From NCBI GenBank assembly GCA_043821645.1, contig JBDRCO010000065.1, positions 32,001-96,000 on the forward strand: a stretch of DNA of 64,000 bases. The letters are read 5' to 3'. This document shows positions 21,908-31,734 of this stretch, piece after piece. Source of the stretch: Pseudomonadota bacterium. Its GTDB lineage: Bacteria; Myxococcota; JACRCW01; JAFGSX01. Numbering within the stretch: position 1 is the first letter of the stretch; each line of letters starts with the position of its first letter. The notes beneath the pieces were generated by a model. It saw only the letters and a list, made by a program, of their open reading frames with translations. It was not told the DNA's origin and did no database searches. A program made the position numbers and the translations under genes.

Positions 21908-22606
21908 TCAGCCCGGGGGGCGGCGGACCTGCACGTAGGCCGTTCCTCGACCCCAGCTCAGCCAGACACGGCGCGCCGTGAGGAGTTCCCAGGCGTCTCC
22001 GTCGAGGGGGTGTGTCAGTGCGATCACGCGGCAACCCGCAGGGACGTGCGCCAGAAGGCTCGCGGTCAGGCGGCGGGACTCGCTCGACAGGCAGGTCCAG
22101 TTCAGGAGCACCACATCGGCCCCGGAGAGGTCGGCATCGCGCAGATCTCCCTCCTCGAGAAGGACCCCGGGCCACTGTGCGGGCGCCAGCATCATGCGCG
22201 CCGTGGCGATGCGCTCGTGAACGATCTCGACACCGCGACACCGCGCACCGAAGCCATGCGAGGCCAGCGCCAGGGCTCGACCCGTGCCACATCCCAGGTC
22301 GACGAACAGCGCACCGACATGCAGGTTCGCCACGGCCAGGAGACGACGCAAGGTGAGCCATGGCATTTCGCCGTAAGTGAGATCATCACCGCGGCCTGCC
22401 AGGCGGCGCAGTCGCAGGTGATCCGCGAAGCCTGCAGGACGATACGGCGACCAGCGAAAGCTCCAGGCGAGCAAACGCAGGTCCAGGACCAGGAGCCGGG
22501 GCGCCGTCAGAGATGCCCACACCAGATCCAGGGCGCGCAGACCCCCGCGGAGAAGCAGGGCACCGATCCGCGCCAGCGTCTCGCGATGGAGTGCCACCTG
22601 TTCCAT
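21908..22606 (-). CDS. Class I SAM-dependent methyltransferase (DOT1-like)
   Basis: [17 protein letters not shown] and ADVVLLN motifs; start taken at ATG 22606 to avoid overlap. Confidence 0.75.
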   Translation of the reverse strand: MEQVALHRETLARIGALLLRGGLRALDLVWASLTAPRLLVLDLRLLAWSFRWSPYRPAGFADHLRLRRLAGRGDDLTYGEMPWLTLRRLLAVANLHVGALFVDLGCGTGRALALASHGFGARCRGVEIVHERIATARMMLAPAQWPGVLLEEGDLRDADLSGADVVLLNWTCLSSESRRLTASLLAHVPAGCRVIALTHPLDGDAWELLTARRVWLSWGRGTAYVQVRRPPG

Positions 22607-22629
22607 GGGACGAGCCAGCAGGCGGCTGG

Positions 22630-23073
22630 TCAACTCGAGGAGGTCGAGGGCTTCTTGCTGCGCGCTCCAGGCCGCGCTCGCTTGCGCGTTGCCGCAGGGG
22701 CCGCAGCATGCTCCGGAGCCTGTGTGCGCGACGGCTTGGCGACGTCCTTGCGCGGCGGCGTGGCGGAGCTCGGACTCCCGGGGCCGGTGCTCTTGGCCTC
22801 GGCCTTCCGGCGATGATAGCGCCACTGCTGGTAGTGCCTCGAGCACAGTCCATGCGCGATGACCCGGCTGTTGCAGCCAGGCTTGCGGCACACCCGGAAG
22901 CTGTGAACAGCGCTCTCCTTGCTCCCACGCCCCGACAGGTTGCGCTCGAGACGATCGATGCGCTGGTGCAGATCGCGGACCGCATCGGCCAGGGCCCGCC
23001 CGACCCGGGCATCGATCTCGGCGAGAAAAGCCTCCATCACGGACGAGATATCCAGTTTCTTCCGACGCGGCAT
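22630..23073 (-). CDS. Small basic protein with C-C-C-H motif (myxobacterial vegetative protein VegA-like)
   Basis: [25 protein letters not shown]-terminal coiled coil, K/R/A/P/S-rich tail. Confidence 0.65.
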   Translation of the reverse strand: MPRRKKLDISSVMEAFLAEIDARVGRALADAVRDLHQRIDRLERNLSGRGSKESAVHSFRVCRKPGCNSRVIAHGLCSRHYQQWRYHRRKAEAKSTGPGSPSSATPPRKDVAKPSRTQAPEHAAAPAATRKRARPGARSKKPSTSSS

Positions 23074-23270
23074 GGTGCGTGTCCCTCTGTACGGAGGCTG
23101 GGCCCAGGCCCCGTGGCCCTTCACAAGTCCAGCAGGCTACTGATGGACGTTTCAGAAGTCAAACCGACTGCTGAAGATCGCGACGCCCTCCCCAGGACAG
23201 GAATGGCACGAACCACGGAACTTCGAGGAGAGCGCAGGAACGAAACCGTGACGACGGACCAGCGGAGCGA

Positions 23271-23648
23271 TCAGGCCTGGGTTGCGGCAGCGTTGTCACC
23301 GACCAGCTCGATGACCGAGATGGGTGCTGCATCGCCCCGACGCTGTCCGATCTTGATGATCCGGGTGTATCCGCCCTGGCGGCCACGGAAACGCTCACCG
23401 AGGTCCGCGAAGAGCTTGTGCAGGACCTCGTTGTCACGCACCCAGGTGAAGGCCTGGCGCCGTGCGTGGAGATCGCCGCGCTTGCCGAGCGTGATCAGTT
23501 TCTCGGCCACGCGCCGCAGCTCCTTGGCCTTGGCGTCGGTGGTCTCGATGCGCTCATGCCGGAACAGCGAGGTCACCATGTTGCGGAACATGGCCTTGCG
23601 GTGCGAGCTGTTGCGGTTGAGTTTGCGACCCTTCTTGAGATGGCGCAT
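23271..23648 (-). CDS. rplQ: 50S ribosomal protein L17
   Basis: [31 protein letters not shown]. Confidence 0.98.
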   Translation of the reverse strand: MRHLKKGRKLNRNSSHRKAMFRNMVTSLFRHERIETTDAKAKELRRVAEKLITLGKRGDLHARRQAFTWVRDNEVLHKLFADLGERFRGRQGGYTRIIKIGQRRGDAAPISVIELVGDNAAATQA

Positions 23649-23699
23649 GACACACTATCCTCGGGCACTCGGGCCCCTCGACCTTCTCGCCAGAGGCGC

Positions 23700-24707
23700 T
23701 CAGGCCGGGTTGGTCGTCTTCAACGGGACATTCTTGGGCGGCCAGTTCTCCAGCTTCATGCCCAGGCCGAGTCCCATCTCGGACAGGATCTCCTTGATCT
23801 CCTTGAGCGACTTTCGACCAAAATTCTTGGTCTTGAGCATCTCGCTCTCGGACTTCTGCACCAGGTCGCCAATGAGCTTGATGTTGGCGTTCTGAAGGCA
23901 GTTGGCGGAACGAACACTGAGCTCCAGCTCGTCGACACTGCGCATGAGGTTGTCGTTGAAGACTTCCTCGCGCGGCTCCAGCTCCGGCAGCTCGGGCTCG
24001 ATCTCCTCGGGGAAATTGATGAAGATCGTGACCTGCTCCTTGAGGATCTTGGCCGCGATGCCCACCGAGTCCTCGGGCTTGACCGAGCCATCGGTCCACA
24101 CCTCGAGGGTCAACTTCTCGAAGTCGGTGCGCTGGCCCACGCGGGCGTGGGTCACCGTGAAGTTGCACTTGCGCACGGGAGAGAACAGCGCGTCGACGGG
24201 GATGGTGTCGACGGCGTGGCCCTCCTCGCGGAACTGCGAGGCCGGCACGTAGCCACGACCACGCTTGACCGTGAGGTCGATCTTGAGCGCTCCACCCTCC
24301 GCCACGGTGGCGATGTGGTGATCGGCGTTGAGCAGCGTGATGCCATCGTCGTGGATGATATCCGCAGCGCGCACCTCGCAGGGGCCCTTGACGTCGATGC
24401 GGGCCGAGCGTTGCTCGTACCCGTTGAGCTTCACCTCGACCTCCTTGAGGTTGAGGATGATGTCCGCCACGTCCTCGCTGACGTCGGGGATCACCGTGAA
24501 CTCGTGCAGCGCCCCCTCGATGCGGGCGGCGGTGATGGCCGCGCCCTGCAGGGAGGACAGCAGAACGCGTCGCAGGGAGTTGCCCAGCGTCTGGCCATAA
24601 CCCCGCTCAAGGGGCTCGGCCACAAACTTGCCATATCGTTCGGTCAGGCTGTCGCGGTCCACGACGACGGCCTTGGGCTTGATCAGATCGCGCCAGTTGC
24701 GGTGCAT
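23700..24707 (-). CDS. rpoA: RNA polymerase alpha subunit
   Basis: [41 protein letters not shown]. Confidence 0.99.
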   Translation of the reverse strand: MHRNWRDLIKPKAVVVDRDSLTERYGKFVAEPLERGYGQTLGNSLRRVLLSSLQGAAITAARIEGALHEFTVIPDVSEDVADIILNLKEVEVKLNGYEQRSARIDVKGPCEVRAADIIHDDGITLLNADHHIATVAEGGALKIDLTVKRGRGYVPASQFREEGHAVDTIPVDALFSPVRKCNFTVTHARVGQRTDFEKLTLEVWTDGSVKPEDSVGIAAKILKEQVTIFINFPEEIEPELPELEPREEVFNDNLMRSVDELELSVRSANCLQNANIKLIGDLVQKSESEMLKTKNFGRKSLKEIKEILSEMGLGLGMKLENWPPKNVPLKTTNPA

Positions 24708-24772
24708 ACGTTTCGCCTCCAGCCAGGGTCCACGGCGCGGCCACCCGTTGGCCGCCCCCAGGAACGACCTCG

Positions 24773-25399
24773 CTACTTGCTATAGAGCTCGACGATGAGC
24801 TGCTCCTGCATGGGCATGGTCAGCTCTTCGCGTGCGGGGTAGGCCTTGACCGTGGCGGTCATCTGCTCGCGGTTGAGCTCTATCCACGACGGCATGCCAC
24901 GGCGCTCGGCGGTCTCCAGGTTGGCGACGATGGTCACCAGTTGCTTGGAGCGCTCGCGCAGGGTCACCACGTCGCCGACCTTGAGCTGCAGCGAGGGGAT
25001 GGTGACCTTCTTGGCGTTGACCCGGAAATGACCGTGCCGGACCAGCTGCCGGGCCTCGGCGCGGGTCGAGGCAAAGCCCATCCGGAACACCATGTTGTCC
25101 ATGCGCCGTTCGAGCATGGTCAGCAGGTTCTCGCCGGTGTGGCCCTTTTGGCGCGCGGCGCGCTGGTAGTAGAGCCTGAACTGGCGTTCGAGCATGCCAT
25201 AGATGCGCTTGACCTTTTGCTTCTCGCGCAGCTGGATGCCGTAGTCCGTGAACTTCTTGCGAGACTGCCCGTGCTGGCCTGGCGGATAGGGTCGCCGCTC
25301 GATGGCGCAGCGGTCGCTGTAGCAGCGATCGCCCTTGAGCATGAGCTTCATGTTCTCGCGCCTGCACAGGCGGCAGGATGACTCGGTATACCGTGCCAC
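24773..25399 (-). CDS. rpsD: 30S ribosomal protein S4
   Basis: [34 protein letters not shown] start behind AAGGAG. Confidence 0.99.
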   Translation of the reverse strand: MARYTESSCRLCRRENMKLMLKGDRCYSDRCAIERRPYPPGQHGQSRKKFTDYGIQLREKQKVKRIYGMLERQFRLYYQRAARQKGHTGENLLTMLERRMDNMVFRMGFASTRAEARQLVRHGHFRVNAKKVTIPSLQLKVGDVVTLRERSKQLVTIVANLETAERRGMPSWIELNREQMTATVKAYPAREELTMPMQEQLIVELYSK

Positions 25400-25415
25400 T
25401 GTTCGACTCCTTGGT

Positions 25416-25549
25416 CGCGAGCACGAGCGCCCGCGCGTTCTTGGGAGCCCGGATATGCCACAGGTGGTGGCAACCCTTGACTGGACTCCCGGCTCGACCC
25501 AACGGCTACCCCCGAGGGCAGCTCAGGACGTCACGAGGATGGGTCGAGC
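25416..25549 (-). ncRNA. Candidate structured cis-regulatory RNA upstream of rpsD
   Basis: Three stem domains found by eye; their G-U pairs form only on the mRNA strand (see findings). Confidence 0.45.
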
Positions 25550-25576
25550 TCCATTCCCCACGACGTGGAAACCAGA

Positions 25577-25963
25577 TCAGACGCGGCGCTTCTTGGGAGG
25601 CCGGCACCCGTTGTGCGGGATGGGTGTGCAGTCCCGGATCAGCGAGATCTTCATGCCCGAGTTGGCCAGGGCGCGCAGCGCGGCCTCACGACCGGCGCCG
25701 GGACCCTTGACGTAGACGGCCAGCTGCCGCATGCCGTGGTCCATGGCCTTGCGCGAGGCGTCCTCGGCCGCGATCTGAGCGGCAAAGGGGGTGGACTTGC
25801 GCGAGCCCTTGAAGCCCCGGGACCCCGCGCTGGACCACGAGATGGCCGCACCAGACACGTCGGTGATGGTGATCACCGTGTTGTTGAAGGTCGCCTGGAT
25901 GTGGGCGATGCCACTTTGCACGTTCTTCTTGACGCGCTTCTTTTGCTTGCCTGGCTGAGCCAT
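25577..25963 (-). CDS. rpsK: 30S ribosomal protein S11
   Basis: [30 protein letters not shown]. Confidence 0.99.
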   Translation of the reverse strand: MAQPGKQKKRVKKNVQSGIAHIQATFNNTVITITDVSGAAISWSSAGSRGFKGSRKSTPFAAQIAAEDASRKAMDHGMRQLAVYVKGPGAGREAALRALANSGMKISLIRDCTPIPHNGCRPPKKRRV

Positions 25964-26016
25964 CGAAACCCTGCCTCCCGGTCACGCCCTCTCGGAGCGC
26001 CACGACCGCGTTGAGT

Positions 26017-26385
26017 CTACTTGCCCTTGCGGCCGATGCTGCGCTTCGGGCCCTTGCGGGTCCGCGCGTTGGTGTGCGTGCGCTGTCCACGGCAGGGCAG
26101 CCCGCGGCGATGCCGCAGCCCGCGATAACAGCCGAGGTCCATCAGCCGCTTGATGCTCATCGAGATGTCGCGCCGCAGATCACCCTCGACCTTGAACTTG
26201 GCCTCGATGATGTCGCGGATGCGCACGATCTCGTCGTCACCGAGGACATCGGTACGCTTGTTCGATGCGATACCGGCCTCAGCCAGGATCTTCTGTGACG
26301 AGGTGCGGCCAATGCCGTAGATGTAGGTCAGCGCCGTCTCGACTTGCTTGTTTCGCGGAAGGTCGACGCCTGCAATGCGTGCCAT
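26017..26385 (-). CDS. rpsM: 30S ribosomal protein S13
   Basis: [24 protein letters not shown]. Confidence 0.99.
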   Translation of the reverse strand: MARIAGVDLPRNKQVETALTYIYGIGRTSSQKILAEAGIASNKRTDVLGDDEIVRIRDIIEAKFKVEGDLRRDISMSIKRLMDLGCYRGLRHRRGLPCRGQRTHTNARTRKGPKRSIGRKGK

Positions 26386-26415
26386 GCTCGTTGCTCCACG
26401 TCCCTCGCCGGGGGC

Positions 26416-26529
26416 TTAGCCCTGGCGCTGCTTGTGCCGGGGGTTATCGCAGATCACACGCACGACGCCACGACGCCGGATGATCTTGCACTTGTCGCAG
26501 ATCTTTTTCACCGATGCGCGCACCTTCAT
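26416..26529 (-). CDS. rpmJ: 50S ribosomal protein L36 (Zn-ribbon type)
   Basis: Translated by hand: [46 protein letters not shown]. Confidence 0.98.
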   Translation of the reverse strand: MKVRASVKKICDKCKIIRRRGVVRVICDNPRHKQRQG

Positions 26530-26600
26530 CTGCTCCTCCAAACCGCCAAAAATCCCTTATATTTCAAGCAATTACAGCTTTATTCCGCAAAGAGTGGCGC

Positions 26601-26629
26601 AACATAGCAAACGCCACGCCGACTTGCAA
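26601..26629 (-). promoter_or_regulatory. Sigma70 promoter of the rpmJ-rplQ operon
   Basis: Minus strand TTGCAA-N17-TATGTT with extended -10 TG. Confidence 0.65.
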
Positions 26630-26983
26630 GCCCCTTGTTTCTGGGCCCTCTTTGAGGGCTGGGCCATCCCGGGATCTGCAAGGCCGGGGCACGCTAGGTG
26701 GGTGGTCCACGAATGGCAAGCGCTATCCGTCATTGTCCACCATGTTGTGTGCCAAGCGCCGAGCGGTGGACGCGTGAGTGTGGACCATGGCGCTGGCTCC
26801 CCGGATCCCCTGGGCACCCAGCCACCACGGAAGACCGTTGTTTTTGCCCGGTATCTCGCGGCGGATGTGCTGAAATGCCGTGGTCCCTGGGGCCAGGTGA
26901 CCCCGCGGCTGCGCGCCCAGACTCCTGACGAATAGTGGCTGTCCCACGCGTTTCAGGCTTTGATCGAAGACGAAAGGCGCGCG

Positions 26984-27559
26984 ATGGGCCAGGACTCTCG
27001 GCACAGGCTCGATCCAGCCGCCTGGCTGGACAAGTATGGCGACCAGCTGTTTCGCCAGGCGCTGGTGCGCGTCCAGCGCGCCGACGTGGCCGAGGACCTG
27101 GTCCAGGAGACCCTGCTGGCGGGTCTGCTCGGCCGAGAAAGCTTTCGCGGTGACGCCACTGAGTTGAGCTGGCTGCGCGGCATCCTCAAGCACAAGATCA
27201 TCGACCACTTTCGCCGTCAGACCCAGCAGGCGGTCGACGACAAGGCCGCGGATCCCACGCAGGTACTTTTTGATGGTGCAGGACGCTGGGCCCGGGCACC
27301 CACGGCCTGGGACCAGGGAGCCGAGGCGGTGATAGGCAACATGGAGTTCTGGAATACCCTCACCCGCTGTCTTGCAGGGCTGCCGGGCTCTCAGGCTGGA
27401 GTGTTCGTGCTGCGTGAGATCGACGGCTACAGCAGTGAGGAAGTGTGTAAGACTTTGGGAATCTCGCCGACCAACATGTGGGTGCGCCTGCATCGGGCAC
27501 GCCTGCGTTTGAGGCATTGCCTCGAAGCCAACTGGTTCGGACGCGCAGCGGGGTCGTGA
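26984..27559 (+). CDS. ECF RNA polymerase sigma factor
   Basis: AEDLVQETLLA, WLRGILKHKIIDHFR (region 2); VFVLREIDG...VRLHRARLRLRHCLE (region 4). Alternative start TTG 26960. Confidence 0.93.
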   Translation: MGQDSRHRLDPAAWLDKYGDQLFRQALVRVQRADVAEDLVQETLLAGLLGRESFRGDATELSWLRGILKHKIIDHFRRQTQQAVDDKAADPTQVLFDGAGRWARAPTAWDQGAEAVIGNMEFWNTLTRCLAGLPGSQAGVFVLREIDGYSSEEVCKTLGISPTNMWVRLHRARLRLRHCLEANWFGRAAGS

Positions 27560-27566
27560 TCAGGCC

Positions 27567-30146
27567 ATGTCGACGTGCCGCGAGATCACCGAGCTGCTGT
27601 CGCAATCCCTGGATGGACAGCTCGGCCAGAAGGATCGCATCGAGGTGCGCCGGCACCTGATGAACTGTGCCGCCTGCACGCGCGTCCAGCAGCAGCTGAT
27701 GACGGTGCGAGGCCTGGTGCGGCAGCACCGGGACTCGGTCGAGGGCGGAGGCATCGGCGAGAATGTGCGCCTGCCTCCGGCCGCGCGCCAGCGCATCGCC
27801 GCCACCCTGGCCGCATCTGCGAGCCAGACGCCGGGCCTGGACACGGAAGCCGTGGCGACGGAAATTGCCGGACCGCCGAGCGCCCCCCGGGCCGCCGCAC
27901 CACGCCCGGAGCCGACACCGAACGCCATCCAGGTGTTCGTGTTCCGGGATGGCGCCTTCGTCGGAACCGAGGTCGCGACGGGTACGCGCCTGGAGATCGG
28001 TCGCGACCTGACCTGCGATGTGGTGCTCAGCGACGATCTGGTGTCCCGACGTCATGCAGCGGTGACGCTGTTCAGACAGCAGCTCTACGTCGAGGACCTC
28101 AGCAGCTCCAACGGGACCTATGTCAGCGGACAGGCCATCGCGACGCGCCAGCCCATCTCGCACCGGGACGACGTGGGCATCGGGCGCCATGCCCTCAAGT
28201 TCAAGCTGCTTGGTCTGGTCGAGGAGGACGAGGCCGCTCCGACGATGGCCGCCGCCGACTATCCCGAGGTCACGGAGCGCGACCACATCGAGGCCATCGC
28301 CGCGGCACGACCGTCGCCGGAGGCTGCGCAGATCTTCGATGCCCTGGTCGAGAGTGACGCCACCGATTCCGACCCCCCACCTCGGGTCCGGCCACAGTCG
28401 ACCTATGAGCGGACGGATCGCGAGCCGTCGTACGATCCCCCTGCCGTGGCGCCGCCACCGCCCCCCGCTCCACCTCCCGCTCGCGAGCTCCTGCGCCCCG
28501 CCTTCGCACCGGTACCCGCGACCCCGGGGCCCAACCCCATGCTGGACGAGATGGTGGTCTCCGGGGACCTGTCCGACGAGGAGACCAGCCTCAGCGACCC
28601 CTATGGCAGCCTGCCGCCGATCGAGCGACCGGATGTCGAGGCGCTGCGAAACCGCGTGCAGGCTGCGACGGCCGACGCCAGGGAGCCTGCGCCACCCCGC
28701 GCCCTGGAACCGGACGAGACCGACGAGGATTTCGACCCCGACGATCTGCCGGCACCTTTCTCCCTGTTCGAGAACCTGCTGCGGGAGAACTTTCAGGGTG
28801 GGCGAGTCCCCCAGCAGGCCCGCGCTCACGTCGAGGTCATCCGCTACCAGGATCAAGTCGTGCATGACCTCACGGCCCTCGCGCCCGGCCAGCAGTTCGT
28901 GGTGGGGCGTGGCCTGGGTCGGGGTGTCCACGAGAGCGGGACCCCGGCCAACCTGCGCCTGGTGCGCGTTCATAAGAAGGGCAGCGCCGAGATCACGGTG
29001 CTGCGCACCTTTGATGGCAAGGTGCGGCTCGGCTCGCAGTCACGCAATCTGCGCGACGCGGCAACCTGGGACGGCGACCGCGGCAGCTTTGCACTGCAAC
29101 GCGGCGACATGGCCAATCTGCAGATCGGGGTCGAGAGCTACTTCGTGCGCTTTGCCCAGGCCCCGGACGTGGAGCGGCAGATCAGCGCGCGCGGGCGCCG
29201 CAGCAAGGACGAGGCACGCGAGCTGAGGGGTCTGCTGGTCAGCCTGCTGTCGTCGGGCGCAGGGCACGCGCTGATACTGATAGGTCTGTTCGTGGCCGGG
29301 CTCGTCTCGCCCTCGCAGCTGGCCACCAACCTCGACGAGGACCGCTTCGTGCAAATGGACCAGAAGGATCTGGAGCTGGAGAAGCCACCCGAGGAGGAAC
29401 CGCCCGTCGAGGAGGCCGCCCCCGAGGAGGAGGCTCCTGCCGAGGAGGCGCCCCCACCCGAGAAAGAACCACCCAAGCGCTCCCCCCGCCCCCAACGGCC
29501 AACCAACCCGGAGGCCAAGAGCCCCAAGCCAGGCATCCTCGCGGCCCTGGGCAAGATTCCCAAGGTCGGCGGCGCCGCAGGGAGCCAGACCCTGACCGCA
29601 GCGGTGTCCAACCTCGATGCCGTCAAGGTGCCAGGTGGCGGCGGCTCGTACAAGGTCTCGGGCCTGATCGGAAAGGGTCCCACCAATCGGGTGCAGATCG
29701 GCGGTTCGGGGGGTGGAGTCTCCACCAAGGGCCTCAACTCCATCCTCCGCGAGGGCGGTGGGGGCCCCGGCAGCCTGAGCAAGCTCAAGAGCGGCACTGT
29801 GCGCGGGCGCCTGGTCAAGGCCACGCGGGCCTCGCGCACCCAGGGCAGCGGTGTGCTCGACCGCGCCGAGATCCAGAAGGTCGTCAACAAGGGTCTAGGA
29901 CAGATCCAGTTCTGCTACGAAAAGGAGCTGCTCAAGAACAACTCCCTGTCGGGCAAGGTCGTGTTCGAGTGGACCATAGGCCTCAACGGCAGCGTGCAGA
30001 TCGTCAAGACCACCACCTCGACGTTGAAGAGCCCGGCGGCAGTGCAGTGCATGATAGGCGCGGTCAAGGGCTGGAAGTTCCCGGCGCCGCGCGGAGGCAC
30101 GGTCATCGTGACCTACCCGTTCATCTTCAATGCGATGGGCTTCTGA
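27567..30146 (+). CDS. Fusion: zf-HC2 anti-sigma domain, FHA, low-complexity linker, beta domain, TM, Pro/Glu linker, AgmX/PglI-type TonB-C domain
   Basis: CREITELLS...HLMNCAAC; IGRD...VSRRHA...SSNGT; TM SLLSSGAGHALILIGLFVAGLV; IQFCYEKEL...WKFPAPRGGTVIVTYPFIF. Confidence 0.88.
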   Translation: MSTCREITELLSQSLDGQLGQKDRIEVRRHLMNCAACTRVQQQLMTVRGLVRQHRDSVEGGGIGENVRLPPAARQRIAATLAASASQTPGLDTEAVATEIAGPPSAPRAAAPRPEPTPNAIQVFVFRDGAFVGTEVATGTRLEIGRDLTCDVVLSDDLVSRRHAAVTLFRQQLYVEDLSSSNGTYVSGQAIATRQPISHRDDVGIGRHALKFKLLGLVEEDEAAPTMAAADYPEVTERDHIEAIAAARPSPEAAQIFDALVESDATDSDPPPRVRPQSTYERTDREPSYDPPAVAPPPPPAPPPARELLRPAFAPVPATPGPNPMLDEMVVSGDLSDEETSLSDPYGSLPPIERPDVEALRNRVQAATADAREPAPPRALEPDETDEDFDPDDLPAPFSLFENLLRENFQGGRVPQQARAHVEVIRYQDQVVHDLTALAPGQQFVVGRGLGRGVHESGTPANLRLVRVHKKGSAEITVLRTFDGKVRLGSQSRNLRDAATWDGDRGSFALQRGDMANLQIGVESYFVRFAQAPDVERQISARGRRSKDEARELRGLLVSLLSSGAGHALILIGLFVAGLVSPSQLATNLDEDRFVQMDQKDLELEKPPEEEPPVEEAAPEEEAPAEEAPPPEKEPPKRSPRPQRPTNPEAKSPKPGILAALGKIPKVGGAAGSQTLTAAVSNLDAVKVPGGGGSYKVSGLIGKGPTNRVQIGGSGGGVSTKGLNSILREGGGGPGSLSKLKSGTVRGRLVKATRASRTQGSGVLDRAEIQKVVNKGLGQIQFCYEKELLKNNSLSGKVVFEWTIGLNGSVQIVKTTTSTLKSPAAVQCMIGAVKGWKFPAPRGGTVIVTYPFIFNAMGF

Positions 30147-30353
30147 TTTTCTTGAGGGGGCGTCGTGCGCCCCCTCCCCACCCCGCCAGCGCTGTCAGGG
30201 ACACCTCGCCGCGCTTCGCTCGCTCGGTGCAGAGGCACTTTTGGGACCCGGAACTCGGGGAACAAGAACAGCGCGCCGACCGTCCCTGAGATTCGCTCGA
30301 TGAACGGCACTGCTGCCGAGGGGTGTATGCCGACGAATTTACTTCGGCGGCAG

Positions 30354-30401
30354 AGGGGACGGGCCGACCGTCCCCTGAAAGAGACAGGCCGACCGTCCCC
30401 T
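30354..30401. repeat. Hairpin with a duplicated right arm
   Basis: AGGGGACGG (30354-62) pairs with CCGTCCCCT (30368-76); GGCCGACCGTCCCCT occurs at 30362 and 30387. Confidence 0.7.
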
Positions 30402-30413
30402 TGAAAAAATAGC

Positions 30414-31595
30414 CTACAGTACGCCGGGGAGACGAACGCTCAGGCCGCCTTGCAGCTTGGGTGCCTTGCCATCCGTGCAGCCGTCCGCGGTCGAGAACAC
30501 CAGCTCGATGCGCTGACCCTGCACGCCCTCGTTGTCGGTGGGAACGATGATGATGGGATCGCCGATCTGCACGTTCTTGAGGTTGAGGTTGATCGTGCGG
30601 TCGTCGCTGACCTGGACCGTGAAGCTCTCGTTGGAGCGCATGTTGTGCACGTGCAGGCTGGTGCGGGGCTCGATGGCGTTCTCGGCGACCAGGCTGACGC
30701 TGCGCAGGAAGGCGTTGATGGTCTGGATGTCCTGAACGGCCAGGATGCCATCGGCCTTGGCCGGGTCGCGGTGGTACGCGGTCTCGAAGCGCGTGAACAG
30801 CTCGGGATTCTTGGCCAGGGCGGTCGCGGCATCGCGCGCGTCCTGCGGGATGTTGGTGTTGTCGATGATGAGCTTGAGATCGTCGCGGGTGAAGCTGTCC
30901 TTGCCGGTGTGCTGCTTGATCAGGTTCCAGGCGTTACCGAGGGACTGGCTCAGCTTCTTGTCCTCGTCGCTGAAGCGATTGTCCTCGACCAGCTTGAGCC
31001 CCTTCTCGAGCACCAGCGGCGGTCGCGTGTCGTTGACGGCCTTGGCGACGATGTTCTTGCGCGCCGCCTCACCGTCGAGGGCGCTGAGCTGGCCACCGCG
31101 GGTGTCAACGCGGTTGCCGTCGATGTTCTCGCGCACCATGCCATTGGCCCAGTCATCGGGCTCGAGCTCGATGGTGATGTGGCCCGAAGCATTGCCGGCC
31201 TGATCCATGGCGCGCACCTGCAGGATGTCGCCGGGCTTGAGCCCCAGCTTCTCCATCTGCTCCATGTTCAGGTAGACCGAGGCCGTGCGGTTGTGCACGT
31301 CGCGGCCAGTGAGCTCGAGGCTCAGCACATCGGCCTTGGTGTCGAAGCTGGCGTCGGGCTTGGCCGAGAGGTTGATGAACTGCAGCTTGGTACCGAGCTC
31401 GACGTTGTTGAACTCGAAGTAGGCGGGATCGCGAGTGGCCGGGCGGGCCGTGCCGCCGGTGTTGCCGAAGAACTGCGCATCGTCCTTGGCGCGCTCGAAG
31501 GCCATGGCACGCACCAGACCGGGTGTCGGCGGAGCCGTGGTGTCCTTGGGCATGCAGTTGTGGCCGACCTGACCGGAACCCTGGATCGTCGTCAT
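30414..31595 (-). CDS. Hypothetical protein (two Ig-like repeats with helical insert), paralogue A
   Basis: 393 aa, strong codon bias, SD AAGGAG, colinear with the upstream gene. Confidence 0.85.
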   Translation of the reverse strand: MTTIQGSGQVGHNCMPKDTTAPPTPGLVRAMAFERAKDDAQFFGNTGGTARPATRDPAYFEFNNVELGTKLQFINLSAKPDASFDTKADVLSLELTGRDVHNRTASVYLNMEQMEKLGLKPGDILQVRAMDQAGNASGHITIELEPDDWANGMVRENIDGNRVDTRGGQLSALDGEAARKNIVAKAVNDTRPPLVLEKGLKLVEDNRFSDEDKKLSQSLGNAWNLIKQHTGKDSFTRDDLKLIIDNTNIPQDARDAATALAKNPELFTRFETAYHRDPAKADGILAVQDIQTINAFLRSVSLVAENAIEPRTSLHVHNMRSNESFTVQVSDDRTINLNLKNVQIGDPIIIVPTDNEGVQGQRIELVFSTADGCTDGKAPKLQGGLSVRLPGVL

Positions 31596-31734
31596 GGGTA
31601 TCTCCTTGGCGATGGCATGTCTTCGGTAGTAATCCCGGGACGTCTTATAGACCGCCTCACCCCAATTTGGCGAGACGCCCTGTCACCGGGACGCCGGTGA
31701 TGCTCCGCGGTCGCACAACAATGAAAAGAAAATC

